Shown: piece by piece, positions 16,824 to 26,296 of the stretch
Position numbering within the stretch: position 1 is the first letter of the stretch
Layout of the letters: each line of letters opens with the position of its first letter
NCBI GenBank assembly: GCA_040289515.1
Contig: PSLI01000016.1
Coordinates: 1-31,829, forward strand
DNA: 31,829 nt
Reading direction: 5' to 3'
From: Candidatus Sysuimicrobiota bacterium
Lineage (GTDB): Bacteria; Sysuimicrobiota; Sysuimicrobiia; Sysuimicrobiales; Sysuimicrobiaceae
The notes under the pieces: generated by a model
Told to the model about the DNA's origin: nothing
The model's database searches: none
What the model saw: the letters and a program-made list of their open reading frames with translations, nothing else
Made by a program: the position numbers and the translations under genes

Positions 16824-18020
16824 TTGCCCGCAACCCAGGTGGCCATCGTGGGTGCCGGTCCCGCAGGCCTCCTCCTGAGCCATCTGCTGGACCGGGTGGG
16901 GATCCGCAGTGTGGTGCTGGAGTCCCGCAGCCGCGCGTACGTGGAGCAGCGAGTGCGGGCGGGGGTGTTGGAGGACGGGACGCGGCAGATCCTCCTGCGG
17001 GCCGGGGTGGGCGACCGCATGGAGCGGCAGGGGCTCGTGCACGAGGGCGTTAACTTCGCCTTCGAGGGGTCCTTGCTGCACTTCGACTTTCCTGCGCTCA
17101 CGGGCGGACACACCGTCACTGTGTACGGACAGCAGGAGGTGGTGAAGGACCTGATCCGGGCCCGCCAGGAGGGGGGTGGCGACGTCCGGTTCGAGGCGGA
17201 AGTGGTGCGGCTGGAGGAAGTGGAGCGCCGCCCCAGGGTGGTCTACCGCACCCCGGATGGGTCGGAGGAGGAGCTGGAGGCGGACTTCGTGGCGGGCTGC
17301 GACGGGTCCCACGGGGTCTGCCGCGCGGCGATCCCGCACACCGTGCGCCGGGTGCACCAGCGGGCGTACCCCTTCGCGTGGCTGGGGATCCTCGCAGAGG
17401 CCCCGCCCGCCTCCCACGAACTCATCTACGTGAACCACCCGCGCGGCTTCGCGCTCTTCAGCATGCGATCGCCCCGTCTGTCACGGAACTACGTGCAGGT
17501 GCGGGCCGAGGAACGTTTGGAGGACTGGCCGGACTCCCGTGTGTGGGAGGAGCTGGAGCGTCGCCTGGCCGGTGCGGCCCGCGTCACGCCGGGGCCCGTG
17601 CTGGAGAAGAGCCTGGCACCCCTGCGCAGCCTGGTGGTGGAACCCATGCAGCACGGTCGCTTGTTCCTTGCGGGCGACGCGGCGCACGTGGTCCCGCCCA
17701 CGGGTGCCAAGGGGTTGAACCTGGCCGTGTGCGACGTGGTGGTGCTGAGCCGGGCCCTGGCCGACTACTACCGGGCCGGTGACGAGACCGGACTGCGGTC
17801 GTACACGGAGTGGTGCCTGGAGCATGTGTGGCAGGCGGAGCACTTCTCGTGGTGGATGACCCAGCTGCTCCACCGCCTGGATGACCCCTTCGAGGAGGGG
17901 ATGCAGCGGGCGCAGCTGCGTGCCCTGCGCCGCAGCGAGGCCGCGCGTCGGTACCTGGCGGAGAACTACACGGGGCTGCACACCAGCCTGCGGTACACGG
18001 AGTGGGTCCTGCCCTCGTAG
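16824..18020 (+). CDS. pobA: 4-hydroxybenzoate 3-monooxygenase
   Basis: TQVAIVGAGPAGL, RVRAGVLE, YGQQEVVKDL, YPFAWLGIL, ELIY...RGFAL.SMRS, HVVPPTGAKGLNLA, FSWWMT.LLH, LAENY.GL. Confidence 0.95.
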   Translation: MPATQVAIVGAGPAGLLLSHLLDRVGIRSVVLESRSRAYVEQRVRAGVLEDGTRQILLRAGVGDRMERQGLVHEGVNFAFEGSLLHFDFPALTGGHTVTVYGQQEVVKDLIRARQEGGGDVRFEAEVVRLEEVERRPRVVYRTPDGSEEELEADFVAGCDGSHGVCRAAIPHTVRRVHQRAYPFAWLGILAEAPPASHELIYVNHPRGFALFSMRSPRLSRNYVQVRAEERLEDWPDSRVWEELERRLAGAARVTPGPVLEKSLAPLRSLVVEPMQHGRLFLAGDAAHVVPPTGAKGLNLAVCDVVVLSRALADYYRAGDETGLRSYTEWCLEHVWQAEHFSWWMTQLLHRLDDPFEEGMQRAQLRALRRSEAARRYLAENYTGLHTSLRYTEWVLPS

Positions 18021-18034
18021 GCGCCGGGGAGCTG

Positions 18035-19834
18035 TCAGCTGCGGACCAGAGGCCAGGCGGTGGGGACGAGCCACAGCCCCAGCAGGTACAGGAGAACCGC
18101 GAGGGGCAAGCCGGCCCGCAGGTAGTCGCGCAAAGTGTACCCGCCCGGAGCCATCACCAGCAGGTTGACCGGGTTCCCCAGGGGAGTGAAGGTGGTGGCG
18201 GTGGCCGCCACCACCGCCATCACCAGGGCCGCGGGACTGGCTCCCAGGCGCGTGGCCGCCTCCAGGGCCACGGGCGTGAGGACCACGGTAGCCGCCACGC
18301 TGGGCAGCAGCTGGTTAAGGAGGATGGCCGCCGCGTACAGGGCCGCGAAGGTGCCGAGGGGTGAACCGCCCACCTGCAACAGCGGCGCCACCAGGCTGTC
18401 CACCGCGCGGGTCCGCAGGAGGACTCCCGAGAGGGGCAGCAGGCAGGCGAGGAACACCACGCTGCGCCAGTCCACCACGCGGTAGACGTCCTCCCCGGGC
18501 AGGCACCCGAGCCCCACCACAGTCACCGCTCCAGCCAGTACCGCCACGGACACGTCCGCCCACCCCAGGCCGGCTGCGGCGGAGGTGACACCCACCACCG
18601 CTAGCGCCGCAGGGCCGCGCCATCCGAGAGCCTGTGCGGGCTGCTCCTGCAGGAGGATGAAGTCCGGATCGGAGGCCAGGGCGCGGAACCGATGCCGCGG
18701 CCCCTGCAGGAGGATAGCATCTCCCACCTCCAATGGCACGTCCGCCACCGCGCTGCGGCGGGGTTGGTCCTTGCGCCAGATGGCCAGAACCGACACCCCG
18801 TACCGCCGCCGGAAGTCCAGCTGGCGGACTGTGCGGCCCGCGACGGCGGACCTTGGCGGGATCACGACCTCCGCGAGCCCCACCCCCGTGAACTCCAGAT
18901 CCACCCGGTCCGGGGGCTGTAGCTCCAGACCCATTTCCTCCAGGCGTGATAGGACGGTCTCGTCCCTGACGCCCGCCAGCAGGAGTCGGTCTCCGGCCAG
19001 GATCACCTCCTGCGGCACCGGCAACGGCTGCGCGCGGTTGCCCCGCCGGAGTGCGAGGACGAGGACCCCCGCCTCTGCCAGGGGAGTCTGCGACAGGGGC
19101 CGGCCTGCCAATGCCGAGTTCGCTTTCACACGGGCCTCCCGCACCCGCTCGTGCATCCGGTACAGCTCCGCCAGCGCCGGGCTTGCCGGACGGTGAGCGC
19201 GGTGCCCGGAGGTGCGTGCGGGCAGGAGCCGACGGCCCACCAGGAGGAAGAAACCCGCCCCCACGGCCACGAAGGCGAGACCCAGGGGTAGGAACTCGAA
19301 CATCGCGAAGGGCCGGCCCGTGGCCTCCTGCAGCATGCGGGATGCCAGCAGGTTGCTCGGCCCAGCCACCAGCGTAAGCACCCCACCCAGTCGGGCGCTC
19401 AGGGCCACGGGTAACAGCAGGCGTGAAGGCGGGATGTCCCGCTGCTGGCAGGCGGCGGCGGTCACGGGCAGGAGCACCGCGATAGCGCCCAGGCTGTTCA
19501 TAAACCCGGAAAGCCCCGCTGCGGTCAGCATCAGTGCCAGCGCCAAGGAGGACTCCGAGGACACGTTGGACCGCAAGCGCCGGGCGAGGCTGGCGGCGAT
19601 CCCCGTGCGCTCCAAAGCCGCGCTCAGGACCAGCACCCCGGCCATCGCGACCACCGCGGGGTTGCCGAAGCCCGAAAGCGCCTCCTCAACCGGACTCAGC
19701 CCGGAGGTCACGAGGACCACGGGCACCAGGATCGCCACCGCGTCCGGCCTCCATCGCCCCCAGGCCAGGAGCACCACGGTGGCCAGCAGGATCCCCAGGG
19801 CCACGACACCCGGGGAGAGGTGCAGGGCGCTCAC
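18035..19834 (-). CDS. SLC13/DASS-family permease with two TrkA-C (RCK_C) domains
   Basis: SGFGNPAVV, LSGFMN, TLVAGPSNL, two cytoplasmic RCK_C repeats, TPLGNPVNLLVM.PGGY...DY...G. The GTG start is approximate. Confidence 0.88.
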   Translation of the reverse strand: MSALHLSPGVVALGILLATVVLLAWGRWRPDAVAILVPVVLVTSGLSPVEEALSGFGNPAVVAMAGVLVLSAALERTGIAASLARRLRSNVSSESSLALALMLTAAGLSGFMNSLGAIAVLLPVTAAACQQRDIPPSRLLLPVALSARLGGVLTLVAGPSNLLASRMLQEATGRPFAMFEFLPLGLAFVAVGAGFFLLVGRRLLPARTSGHRAHRPASPALAELYRMHERVREARVKANSALAGRPLSQTPLAEAGVLVLALRRGNRAQPLPVPQEVILAGDRLLLAGVRDETVLSRLEEMGLELQPPDRVDLEFTGVGLAEVVIPPRSAVAGRTVRQLDFRRRYGVSVLAIWRKDQPRRSAVADVPLEVGDAILLQGPRHRFRALASDPDFILLQEQPAQALGWRGPAALAVVGVTSAAAGLGWADVSVAVLAGAVTVVGLGCLPGEDVYRVVDWRSVVFLACLLPLSGVLLRTRAVDSLVAPLLQVGGSPLGTFAALYAAAILLNQLLPSVAATVVLTPVALEAATRLGASPAALVMAVVAATATTFTPLGNPVNLLVMAPGGYTLRDYLRAGLPLAVLLYLLGLWLVPTAWPLVRS

Positions 19835-19847
19835 GGGCGAGGCGTGC

Positions 19848-21014
19848 TCAGACCCGCCGCTCCACCGCCACCGCCACCGCCTCCCCGCCCCCCAGGCAGA
19901 TCGCGGCGACCCCGCGACGCGCATCGCGGCGTTCCATGGCGTGCAGGAGGGTCGTGAGGATGCGGGCTCCGGAAGCCCCGATGGGGTGGCCCAAAGCCAC
20001 CGCGCCCCCGTGCACGTTTACCGGATCCAGAGGTAGGCCCAGCTTGCGGCACACGCCCAGCACCACCGCGGCGAAGGCCTCGTTGATCTCGTACAGGTCT
20101 ACGTCCTCCTTGCGCCACCCCACCCGCTCCAGCAGCCGTTCGATGGCCGCCGCGGGGGCGATGGTGAACCACTCCGGAGCCGTCGCCGCCTGCGCGTAGC
20201 CCACCACGCGGGCCAGGGGCCTGGTGCCGACCCGGTCCGCCACGGATCGGTCCGCCACCACCAGGGCCGCGGCCCCGTCGCTGATGCTGCTGGCGTTGGC
20301 CGCCGTGACGGTCCCATCCGCCTGGAAGGCGGGCTTGAGGGTGGGGATCTTGTCGAACTGCACGCGCCGCGGTTCTTCGTCCTCCTCCACCCGCTTCCCG
20401 TCCGACTCCACGGCCACCGTCTCGGGCTGGAACCAACCGGAGTCCAGGGCCTGCAGAGCCAGGCGGTACGACCGCTCCGCGTACGCGTCCTGGTCCTCGC
20501 GGCTGATGCGGTACTCCGCAGCCAGCAGCTCCGCACACGAACCCATGTGGCAGTCCCGGTACGGGTCCCACAGACCGTCCAGGATCATGGAGTCCTGCAC
20601 TTCGCCGTGGCCAAGCCGGTAGCCCGTACGGGCTCGGGGCAGGAGGTAGGGGGCCCGGCTCATGTTCTCCATGCCGCCGGCTACGTACACCCGGCCGTCT
20701 GCCGCCCGGATGGCCTGCGCGGCCAGCACCACCGCCTTGAGGCCTGACCCGCACATCTTGTTCACCGTGACCGCGCCCACGGAGTCCGGCAGCCCCGCGT
20801 ACCGTGCCGCCTGCCGCGCGGGCGCCTGCCCCGTTCCCGCAGACAGGATGTTGCCCATGATCACCTCATCCACTTCCTCCGGCCGCACCCCGGCGCGCCG
20901 GACTGCCTCCCGCACCACCACTGCCCCCAGGCGGGGAGCCGGTACGTTCGCCAGCCCTCCCAAAAACCGGCCGATGGGGGTTCGCACTGCACTCAGGATC
21001 ACCGCCTCCGGCAT
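19848..21014 (-). CDS. Acetyl-CoA C-acetyltransferase (thiolase)
   Basis: AVRTPIG, VNKMCGSG (active Cys), EINEAFA, GGAVALGHPIGASG, AICLGGG. ATG 21014 follows GGAGG. Confidence 0.95.
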   Translation of the reverse strand: MPEAVILSAVRTPIGRFLGGLANVPAPRLGAVVVREAVRRAGVRPEEVDEVIMGNILSAGTGQAPARQAARYAGLPDSVGAVTVNKMCGSGLKAVVLAAQAIRAADGRVYVAGGMENMSRAPYLLPRARTGYRLGHGEVQDSMILDGLWDPYRDCHMGSCAELLAAEYRISREDQDAYAERSYRLALQALDSGWFQPETVAVESDGKRVEEDEEPRRVQFDKIPTLKPAFQADGTVTAANASSISDGAAALVVADRSVADRVGTRPLARVVGYAQAATAPEWFTIAPAAAIERLLERVGWRKEDVDLYEINEAFAAVVLGVCRKLGLPLDPVNVHGGAVALGHPIGASGARILTTLLHAMERRDARRGVAAICLGGGEAVAVAVERRV

Positions 21015-21086
21015 CGCCCACCTCCACGTTCGCAGGGTCCGCGCCCTCCGAGCCCATTCTACGCCCGCACCGCAGTCGGCGCGGTT

Positions 21087-21115
21087 TTTCAAGCACCGCG
21101 GCCTTCTGGTATTCT
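21087..21115 (+). promoter_or_regulatory. Probable sigma-70 promoter of the lysA run
   Basis: TTTCAA, 17-nt spacer, extended -10 TGgTATTCT. A TAGAAT on the minus strand (21056-21061) could serve the thiolase. Confidence 0.45.
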
Positions 21116-21142
21116 GGCGGCGATCGCGGATCCTGGAGGTGG

Positions 21143-22459
21143 GTGTTGCGCGACGAGTTCCCGCGGACCGCGTCCGGGCACCTGTGCGTGGGCGGGTGCG
21201 ACGCCATCGACCTGGCCCGCAACTTCGGCACGCCCCTGCACGTGCTGGACGGGGGGCGCCTGCGGGCAAACCTGCGCGCCTACCGGGAAGCCTTCGGCCG
21301 CCAGGCGCCCGGGGGTCAGCCCGTGTTCGCCTCCAAGGCCCTGTGCACGGTGGTCACCTGTCAGCTGGCGCACCAGGAGGGCTTCTGGGTGGATGTGGCG
21401 TCCGGCGGCGAGCTGTATACCGCCCTGCGGGCGGGCGTCCCACCTGCGTGCGTGGTGTTCCACGGCAATTACAAGACCGAGGAGGAGCTGCGCCTGGCCC
21501 TGCGGGTGGGCGTGGGGCGCGTAGCGGTGGACAACTTCCACGAGCTCGACCTGCTGGACCGGCTGGCCCGGGAGGTGGGGACGGTGGCGGAGGTGTGGCT
21601 GCGGGTCACCCCGGGGATCGAGCCGCAGACGCACCGGGCGATCCGGACGGGCGGGGTGGACACCAAGTTCGGGTTCGGCATCCCCGACGGTACGGCGCTG
21701 CGGGCCGTCCGGGAGGTTCTGCAAAGGCCGGGGTTGCGGCTGCGCGGCTTCCACAGCCACATTGGCTCCCAGATCCTGGAGCTGGAGCCCTTCCGTCGAA
21801 ACGCGGAGCTGGTGGCGGCCTTCGCGGCGCAGGTGCGGTCGGAGCTGGGCTACGTGGCGGAGGAGGTTAACCTGGGGGGCGGGCTGGGCATCCGATACCT
21901 TTCCTCCGACCGTCCTCCCTCCATCGAGGCGTACGTGGGCGCGGTGGCAGAGTCGCTCAAGGCTGCATGCCAGGCCCTTGCATACCCCACGCCCCGGCTG
22001 TTTGTGGAGCCGGGCCGGTCGGTGGTGGGGCCCGCGGGAGTCACGCTGTACACCGTGGGCCCGGTGAAGGAGATCCCGGGTGTGCGCACGTACGTGGCCG
22101 TAGATGGCGGGATGTACGAGAACCCCCGGCCGGCCCTGTACGGGGCGCGCTACGAGGCGGTGCTGGCCGCGCAGCCCGACGAGCCGCCGCAGCAGGTGGT
22201 GGCCCTGGCCGGCCGCTGCTGTGAGTCCGGGGACGTGCTCATCTGGGAGGCTCACCTTCCGCGGGTTCGGCCGGGCGACGTGGTGGCGGTGTTCTCCACG
22301 GGGGCGTACACGTACTCCATGGCCAGCAACTACAACCGGTTCCCCCGGCCCGCGGTGGTTCTGGCGGAGGAGGGGCAGGCTACGGTGATGGTGCGGCGGG
22401 AGACCTACGAGGACCTGGTGCGGCTGGAGGCGGCGCCGGCTCGCGCGGCCGCGGTGTGA
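21143..22459 (+). CDS. lysA: Diaminopimelate decarboxylase
   Basis: FGTPL, FASKA (PLP Lys), [52 protein letters not shown]. Confidence 0.97.
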   Translation: MLRDEFPRTASGHLCVGGCDAIDLARNFGTPLHVLDGGRLRANLRAYREAFGRQAPGGQPVFASKALCTVVTCQLAHQEGFWVDVASGGELYTALRAGVPPACVVFHGNYKTEEELRLALRVGVGRVAVDNFHELDLLDRLAREVGTVAEVWLRVTPGIEPQTHRAIRTGGVDTKFGFGIPDGTALRAVREVLQRPGLRLRGFHSHIGSQILELEPFRRNAELVAAFAAQVRSELGYVAEEVNLGGGLGIRYLSSDRPPSIEAYVGAVAESLKAACQALAYPTPRLFVEPGRSVVGPAGVTLYTVGPVKEIPGVRTYVAVDGGMYENPRPALYGARYEAVLAAQPDEPPQQVVALAGRCCESGDVLIWEAHLPRVRPGDVVAVFSTGAYTYSMASNYNRFPRPAVVLAEEGQATVMVRRETYEDLVRLEAAPARAAAV

Positions 22460-22460
22460 G

Positions 22461-23063
22461 GTGCTGGGGCTGGATCCCCTGCAGATGCTGTTCACCGCGG
22501 CGGCTCTGTTGGTGGCCGCTACGGTGCACGAGTACGCCCACGCGTACGCGGCGGTGCAGCTGGGCGACCCCACGCCCCGGTGGATGGGCCGCCTCACGCT
22601 GAACCCGCTGGCGCACCTGGACCCCTTGGGAACCGTGGTCTTGCTGCTGGCGGGCTTCGGCTGGGCCAAGCCCGTGCCGGTGGACCCCACCCGTTTTGGG
22701 GACCCGCGCCGGGGCCTGCTGCTGGTGGCCCTGGCCGGCCCCCTGGCCAACGTGGCCCTGATGGCGATGCTTGGCTCCGCCTACCGCCTGGGCCTGGTGC
22801 CGGAGGGCGGGTGGGAAGCCTCCTTGTGGGGACGCATGCTGTACGTGAACGCCGTTCTTGCGGTGTTCAATCTCCTGCCCATTCCTCCCTTGGATGGCTC
22901 CCGCGTCGTGGAGGCGTTGCTGCGGGGCGAGGCCGGCCGCGCGTACGCCCGCTTCCAGCCTTACGGGGGCCTTCTGCTGGTGCTGCTTTTGGCCTCGGGC
23001 TGGCTGGGTCCGATCCTGCGCGGTCCCGTGGTCTGGCTGATGCGGTGGGCTGCGGGTGCGTGA
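22461..23063 (+). CDS. Site-2 protease (M50 family)
   Basis: [44 protein letters not shown]. Confidence 0.93.
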   Translation: MLGLDPLQMLFTAAALLVAATVHEYAHAYAAVQLGDPTPRWMGRLTLNPLAHLDPLGTVVLLLAGFGWAKPVPVDPTRFGDPRRGLLLVALAGPLANVALMAMLGSAYRLGLVPEGGWEASLWGRMLYVNAVLAVFNLLPIPPLDGSRVVEALLRGEAGRAYARFQPYGGLLLVLLLASGWLGPILRGPVVWLMRWAAGA

Positions 23064-23071
23064 GGAGGCTC

Positions 23072-23794
23072 ATGGCCGAGGGACCCATCGTGCGGGTGGC
23101 GGGTTTCGAGGGCCCGGTACAGGAGCTGGTGCGCCGGGCCCACGCGGGGGAGCTGGACCTGCAGGAGGTGGACCTCGCAGCGATGGTCCGCGGCTACCTG
23201 GACGGGCTCGGGGAAGAGGTGGACCTGGAGGAGGCTAGCGAGTTCCTGTGGGCCGCCGCGGTGCTGGTGGAGCTTAAGAGCAGGCTGCTTTTGCCCCCCA
23301 AACCGCCCGCACCGGAGCCGGTGGGAGAGGAGGAAGCCGCGGACCTGGAGGAACGCCTGCGCCAGCAGGTGGAGGAGTACCGCGTGTTTCGGGAGGCCGC
23401 GGAGGCTCTGGCGGCCCTGGAGGCGCTCCAGCGCAGGGTGTTCACCAGGCCCGCGGACCCGGCTTCCGCAGGCGAACTGCCCCTGGTGGGTCTGACCGTG
23501 GAGGACCTGTTCGCGGCGTTCCAGCGGGTGCTGGAACGGTCCGCGAAGCCCGTGGAGGAAGTCCTCCCGGAGGGGGTCACGGTGGCGGACCGCATGCGTG
23601 CCATCCTGGCCACCCTGGAAGCTGCGCCGCACGGCGTGCGGTTTGAGGACCTGTTCGAGCCGGACAGCCCCCGCATCGTGGTGATCGTCACCTTCCTGGC
23701 CCTGCTAGAGCTGGTGCGCCGTCGAAGGGTCCGGGTCGCTCAAACAGAACCCTTCGGCCCCATCCGGCTGTACGCGGCAGGAGGGGAGGCGTGA
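23072..23794 (+). CDS. scpA: Segregation and condensation protein A
   Basis: FEGP, ASEFL..AA.L.ELKSRLLLP, VIVTFLALLELVR, Q...FGPI. ATG follows GAGGAGG. Confidence 0.92.
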   Translation: MAEGPIVRVAGFEGPVQELVRRAHAGELDLQEVDLAAMVRGYLDGLGEEVDLEEASEFLWAAAVLVELKSRLLLPPKPPAPEPVGEEEAADLEERLRQQVEEYRVFREAAEALAALEALQRRVFTRPADPASAGELPLVGLTVEDLFAAFQRVLERSAKPVEEVLPEGVTVADRMRAILATLEAAPHGVRFEDLFEPDSPRIVVIVTFLALLELVRRRRVRVAQTEPFGPIRLYAAGGEA

Positions 23795-24360
23795 CGGAGC
23801 TGGATCGCCAGCACACCCTGCGGTGCGCCCTGGAGTGCCTGCTGCTTTCGAGCGGCGGGCCGGTACCCGTGAGCAAGCTGGCACGGGCACTGGAGTGCTC
23901 CGAGGAGGAAGCGGAGTCCCTGCTGGCGCAGCTGCAGGAGGACTACCGCGCGCGCGGCCTTATGGTTCAGCAGGTGGCCGGCGGCTACCAGCTGTGCACG
24001 CGGCCGGAGTACGCACCGTACGTGACCCGGCTGGTGACCGCACAGCCCGAGCCCCTGTCGCGCGCCGCCCTGGAGACCCTGGCGGTGGTGGCGTACCGGC
24101 AGCCCGTGACGCGGGCCGAGGTGGAAGCGGTGCGGGGCGCCCGCAGCGACCACCATCTGCGCAGGCTGCTGGAGCGGAACCTGATCCGGGAGGTGGGTCG
24201 CAAGCCCGGACCGGGTAGCCCCATCCTGTACGGCACCACGGATCTGTTTTTGCGTTCCTTCGGGCTGCGGGACCTGTCCGACCTGCCGCCCCTGGAGGGG
24301 CGCAGGGTGCAGGACATGCTGGGGGGTGGACCTTCCGCGCGAACGGAGGGACGAACGTGA
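23791..24360 (+). CDS. scpB: Segregation and condensation protein B
   Basis: VAGGYQLCTRPE, LSRAALETLAVVAYRQPVTRAEVE.VRG, LYGTT..FL..FGL..L.DLP. Confidence 0.96.
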   Translation: MTELDRQHTLRCALECLLLSSGGPVPVSKLARALECSEEEAESLLAQLQEDYRARGLMVQQVAGGYQLCTRPEYAPYVTRLVTAQPEPLSRAALETLAVVAYRQPVTRAEVEAVRGARSDHHLRRLLERNLIREVGRKPGPGSPILYGTTDLFLRSFGLRDLSDLPPLEGRRVQDMLGGGPSARTEGRT

Positions 24361-25454
24361 GGCTGGCGGCTGCTGCGTTGCTGCTGGCCCTGGCAGCGCC
24401 GCACCCGGACCCAGCAGAGCCCCCTGTGGCCGCGCGGGCCTACGTGCTGGTGGAGGGACGCACCGGGCAGGTTCTGGCCGAGAGAAATGCGCACCTAGCC
24501 TGGCCACCTGCCAGCACCACCAAGATCCTCACAGCCCTGCTGGTGGCGGAGTCCCTGCCCCTGGACCGCGTGGTGGTCACGAGCGGCCGGGCTGCCGCGC
24601 AACGGGAAGGGGCGTCTGTGGGCCTTCGGCCGGGTGAGCGCCGCAGGGTCCGCGACCTGTTTTACGCCATGCTGCTGACGTCCGCCAACGACGCCGCCTT
24701 GGCGCTGGCGGAGGCCGCCGCGGGAAGTGTGGAGGCCTTCGTAGCCCGGATGAACCAGCGGGCGCGGGAGCTGGGCGCCCGCAACAGCCACTTCACCAAC
24801 CCGCACGGCCTGTACCATCCGCAGCACCGGTCCACCGCGTATGACCTGGCCCTCCTCGCGCGCGCCGCCCTGGCCAACCCGCAGGTGGCACAGGCCGTGG
24901 CCAGCCGCGCGTACGATTACCCCACAGAGGCCGGGGTGCGCAGACTCGTAAACCGCAACCGGTTGCTGGCCACCTACCCAGGTGCAGACGGCGTCAAGAC
25001 GGGGTGGCTGGCGGAGTCCGGGCCGTGTCTGGTCGCCTCCGCCCGCCGGGGTGCGCGCACCCTGATCGCGGTGGTGCTGGACTCTACCCGGGTGTTCGAC
25101 GACGCTGCCGCCCTGTTGGACTTCGGCTTTGAGGCCTACGAGCTGCGCGTGCTGGCCCGGCCGCAGGATCCTGTGGCGGAGGTTCGCCTGAGCGGGGGCG
25201 TGCGGCTGCGCGCCACGGTGCGGCAGGAGTTGGCGCTGTCCGTGCCCCGGGGGGCTCGGGTAGCCCTGCAGCCCCGGTGGGAACAGAATTTGAAGCCGCC
25301 CGTGGCAGCCGGCCAGCCGGTAGGCTGGCTGGAAGTGCTGGTGGGCGGCCGGCTGCACACGAGGGAGGTGCTGGTGGCCTCGCACCCAGTGGACCGGGAA
25401 CCTCCCGCGCCCTGGGTGCCGCGGTGGTTGTGGGAGAGGGTGGGGGGCAGGTGA
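24357..25454 (+). CDS. D-alanyl-D-alanine carboxypeptidase (peptidase S11, DacB/DacF-like)
   Basis: SxxK (ASTTK), SxN (SAND), F.NPHGL, KTG, signal peptide. Confidence 0.93.
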   Translation: MRLAAAALLLALAAPHPDPAEPPVAARAYVLVEGRTGQVLAERNAHLAWPPASTTKILTALLVAESLPLDRVVVTSGRAAAQREGASVGLRPGERRRVRDLFYAMLLTSANDAALALAEAAAGSVEAFVARMNQRARELGARNSHFTNPHGLYHPQHRSTAYDLALLARAALANPQVAQAVASRAYDYPTEAGVRRLVNRNRLLATYPGADGVKTGWLAESGPCLVASARRGARTLIAVVLDSTRVFDDAAALLDFGFEAYELRVLARPQDPVAEVRLSGGVRLRATVRQELALSVPRGARVALQPRWEQNLKPPVAAGQPVGWLEVLVGGRLHTREVLVASHPVDREPPAPWVPRWLWERVGGR

Positions 25455-26296
25455 GGGCGCTTTTCGTGGCAGCGCTGCTTGCGGCCCTGGCACGGCCGTG
25501 GCCCCTCACCGTGTTGGACGCCACCGGCTTCCGCCTGGTGTTCCACCAGCCGCCTGAGCGGGTGGTGTCGCTGGCGCCCAGCGTGACGGAAGTGCTGTGG
25601 GCGGTGGGTGCCGCGCGACAGGTGGTGGGGGTGTCCTCCGCGGACGACTACCCGCCGGAGGTCCGCACGCGGCCTCGCGTGGGAGGCGTGCGGGTGGACG
25701 AGGAACGTCTAGCGGCCCTGCGGCCGGATTTGGTGGTGGGCCTGGTGAGCTTGCAGGCTACCACCCTGCTCCGGCTGCGCGGTCTCGGCTACCGGGTCCT
25801 CGCGCTGGAGTCCAACACGCTGGAGGAGACCTACCGGGCCATCGTCCTGCTGGGGGAGGTTACCGGGCACCCCGAGAGGGCGCGGGAGGTGGTGGACCGC
25901 ATGCGGAGGACCGAGTCCGAGGTGGCGGCAAAGGCCGGCCGCCGGCGGGTGCGCGTCTTCGTGCAGGTATGGGACCAGCCCTTCATCACCGCAGCCGCGG
26001 GGACCCTGCCGGATGACCTGGTGCGGCGGGCCGGTGGGGTCAACCTGTTCGCCGACCGAAAAGGATGGCCGCAGGTATCCGAGGAGGAGGTGGTGGCGCG
26101 CGACCCCGAGTGCGTGGTGGTGCTGGGAAGAGGACTAGACCGCGTGCGCCGCAGGCCTGCTTGGGTGCGCACCGCGGCCGTGCGGCGCGGCTGCTTGGCG
26201 GAGGTGGATCCCTCGTGGGTGGTGCGTCCGGCACCACGTCTTGTCCTGGGACTTCGGGCCCTGGCGCGGGTGCTGCACCCGGAGGCGTGGCGGTGA
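25451..26296 (+). CDS. Cobalamin/Fe-siderophore-type helical-backbone substrate-binding protein (BtuF-like)
   Basis: PERVVSLAPSVTE.L.AVGA..VVGVS..DDYP, LRPDLVV, AGG.N, VSEEEV...DP, RP.PRL. Confidence 0.85.
   Translation: MRALFVAALLAALARPWPLTVLDATGFRLVFHQPPERVVSLAPSVTEVLWAVGAARQVVGVSSADDYPPEVRTRPRVGGVRVDEERLAALRPDLVVGLVSLQATTLLRLRGLGYRVLALESNTLEETYRAIVLLGEVTGHPERAREVVDRMRRTESEVAAKAGRRRVRVFVQVWDQPFITAAAGTLPDDLVRRAGGVNLFADRKGWPQVSEEEVVARDPECVVVLGRGLDRVRRRPAWVRTAAVRRGCLAEVDPSWVVRPAPRLVLGLRALARVLHPEAWR

Noticed and set aside
19862..19879. (CCACCG)3 tandem repeat
   Set aside because: It encodes AVAVAV in the thiolase C-terminal strand and is not an independent repeat.
21015..21142. Lysine riboswitch upstream of lysA
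   Set aside because: The gap is only about 128 bp, is shared with the divergent thiolase, and the predicted leader is about 20 nt.
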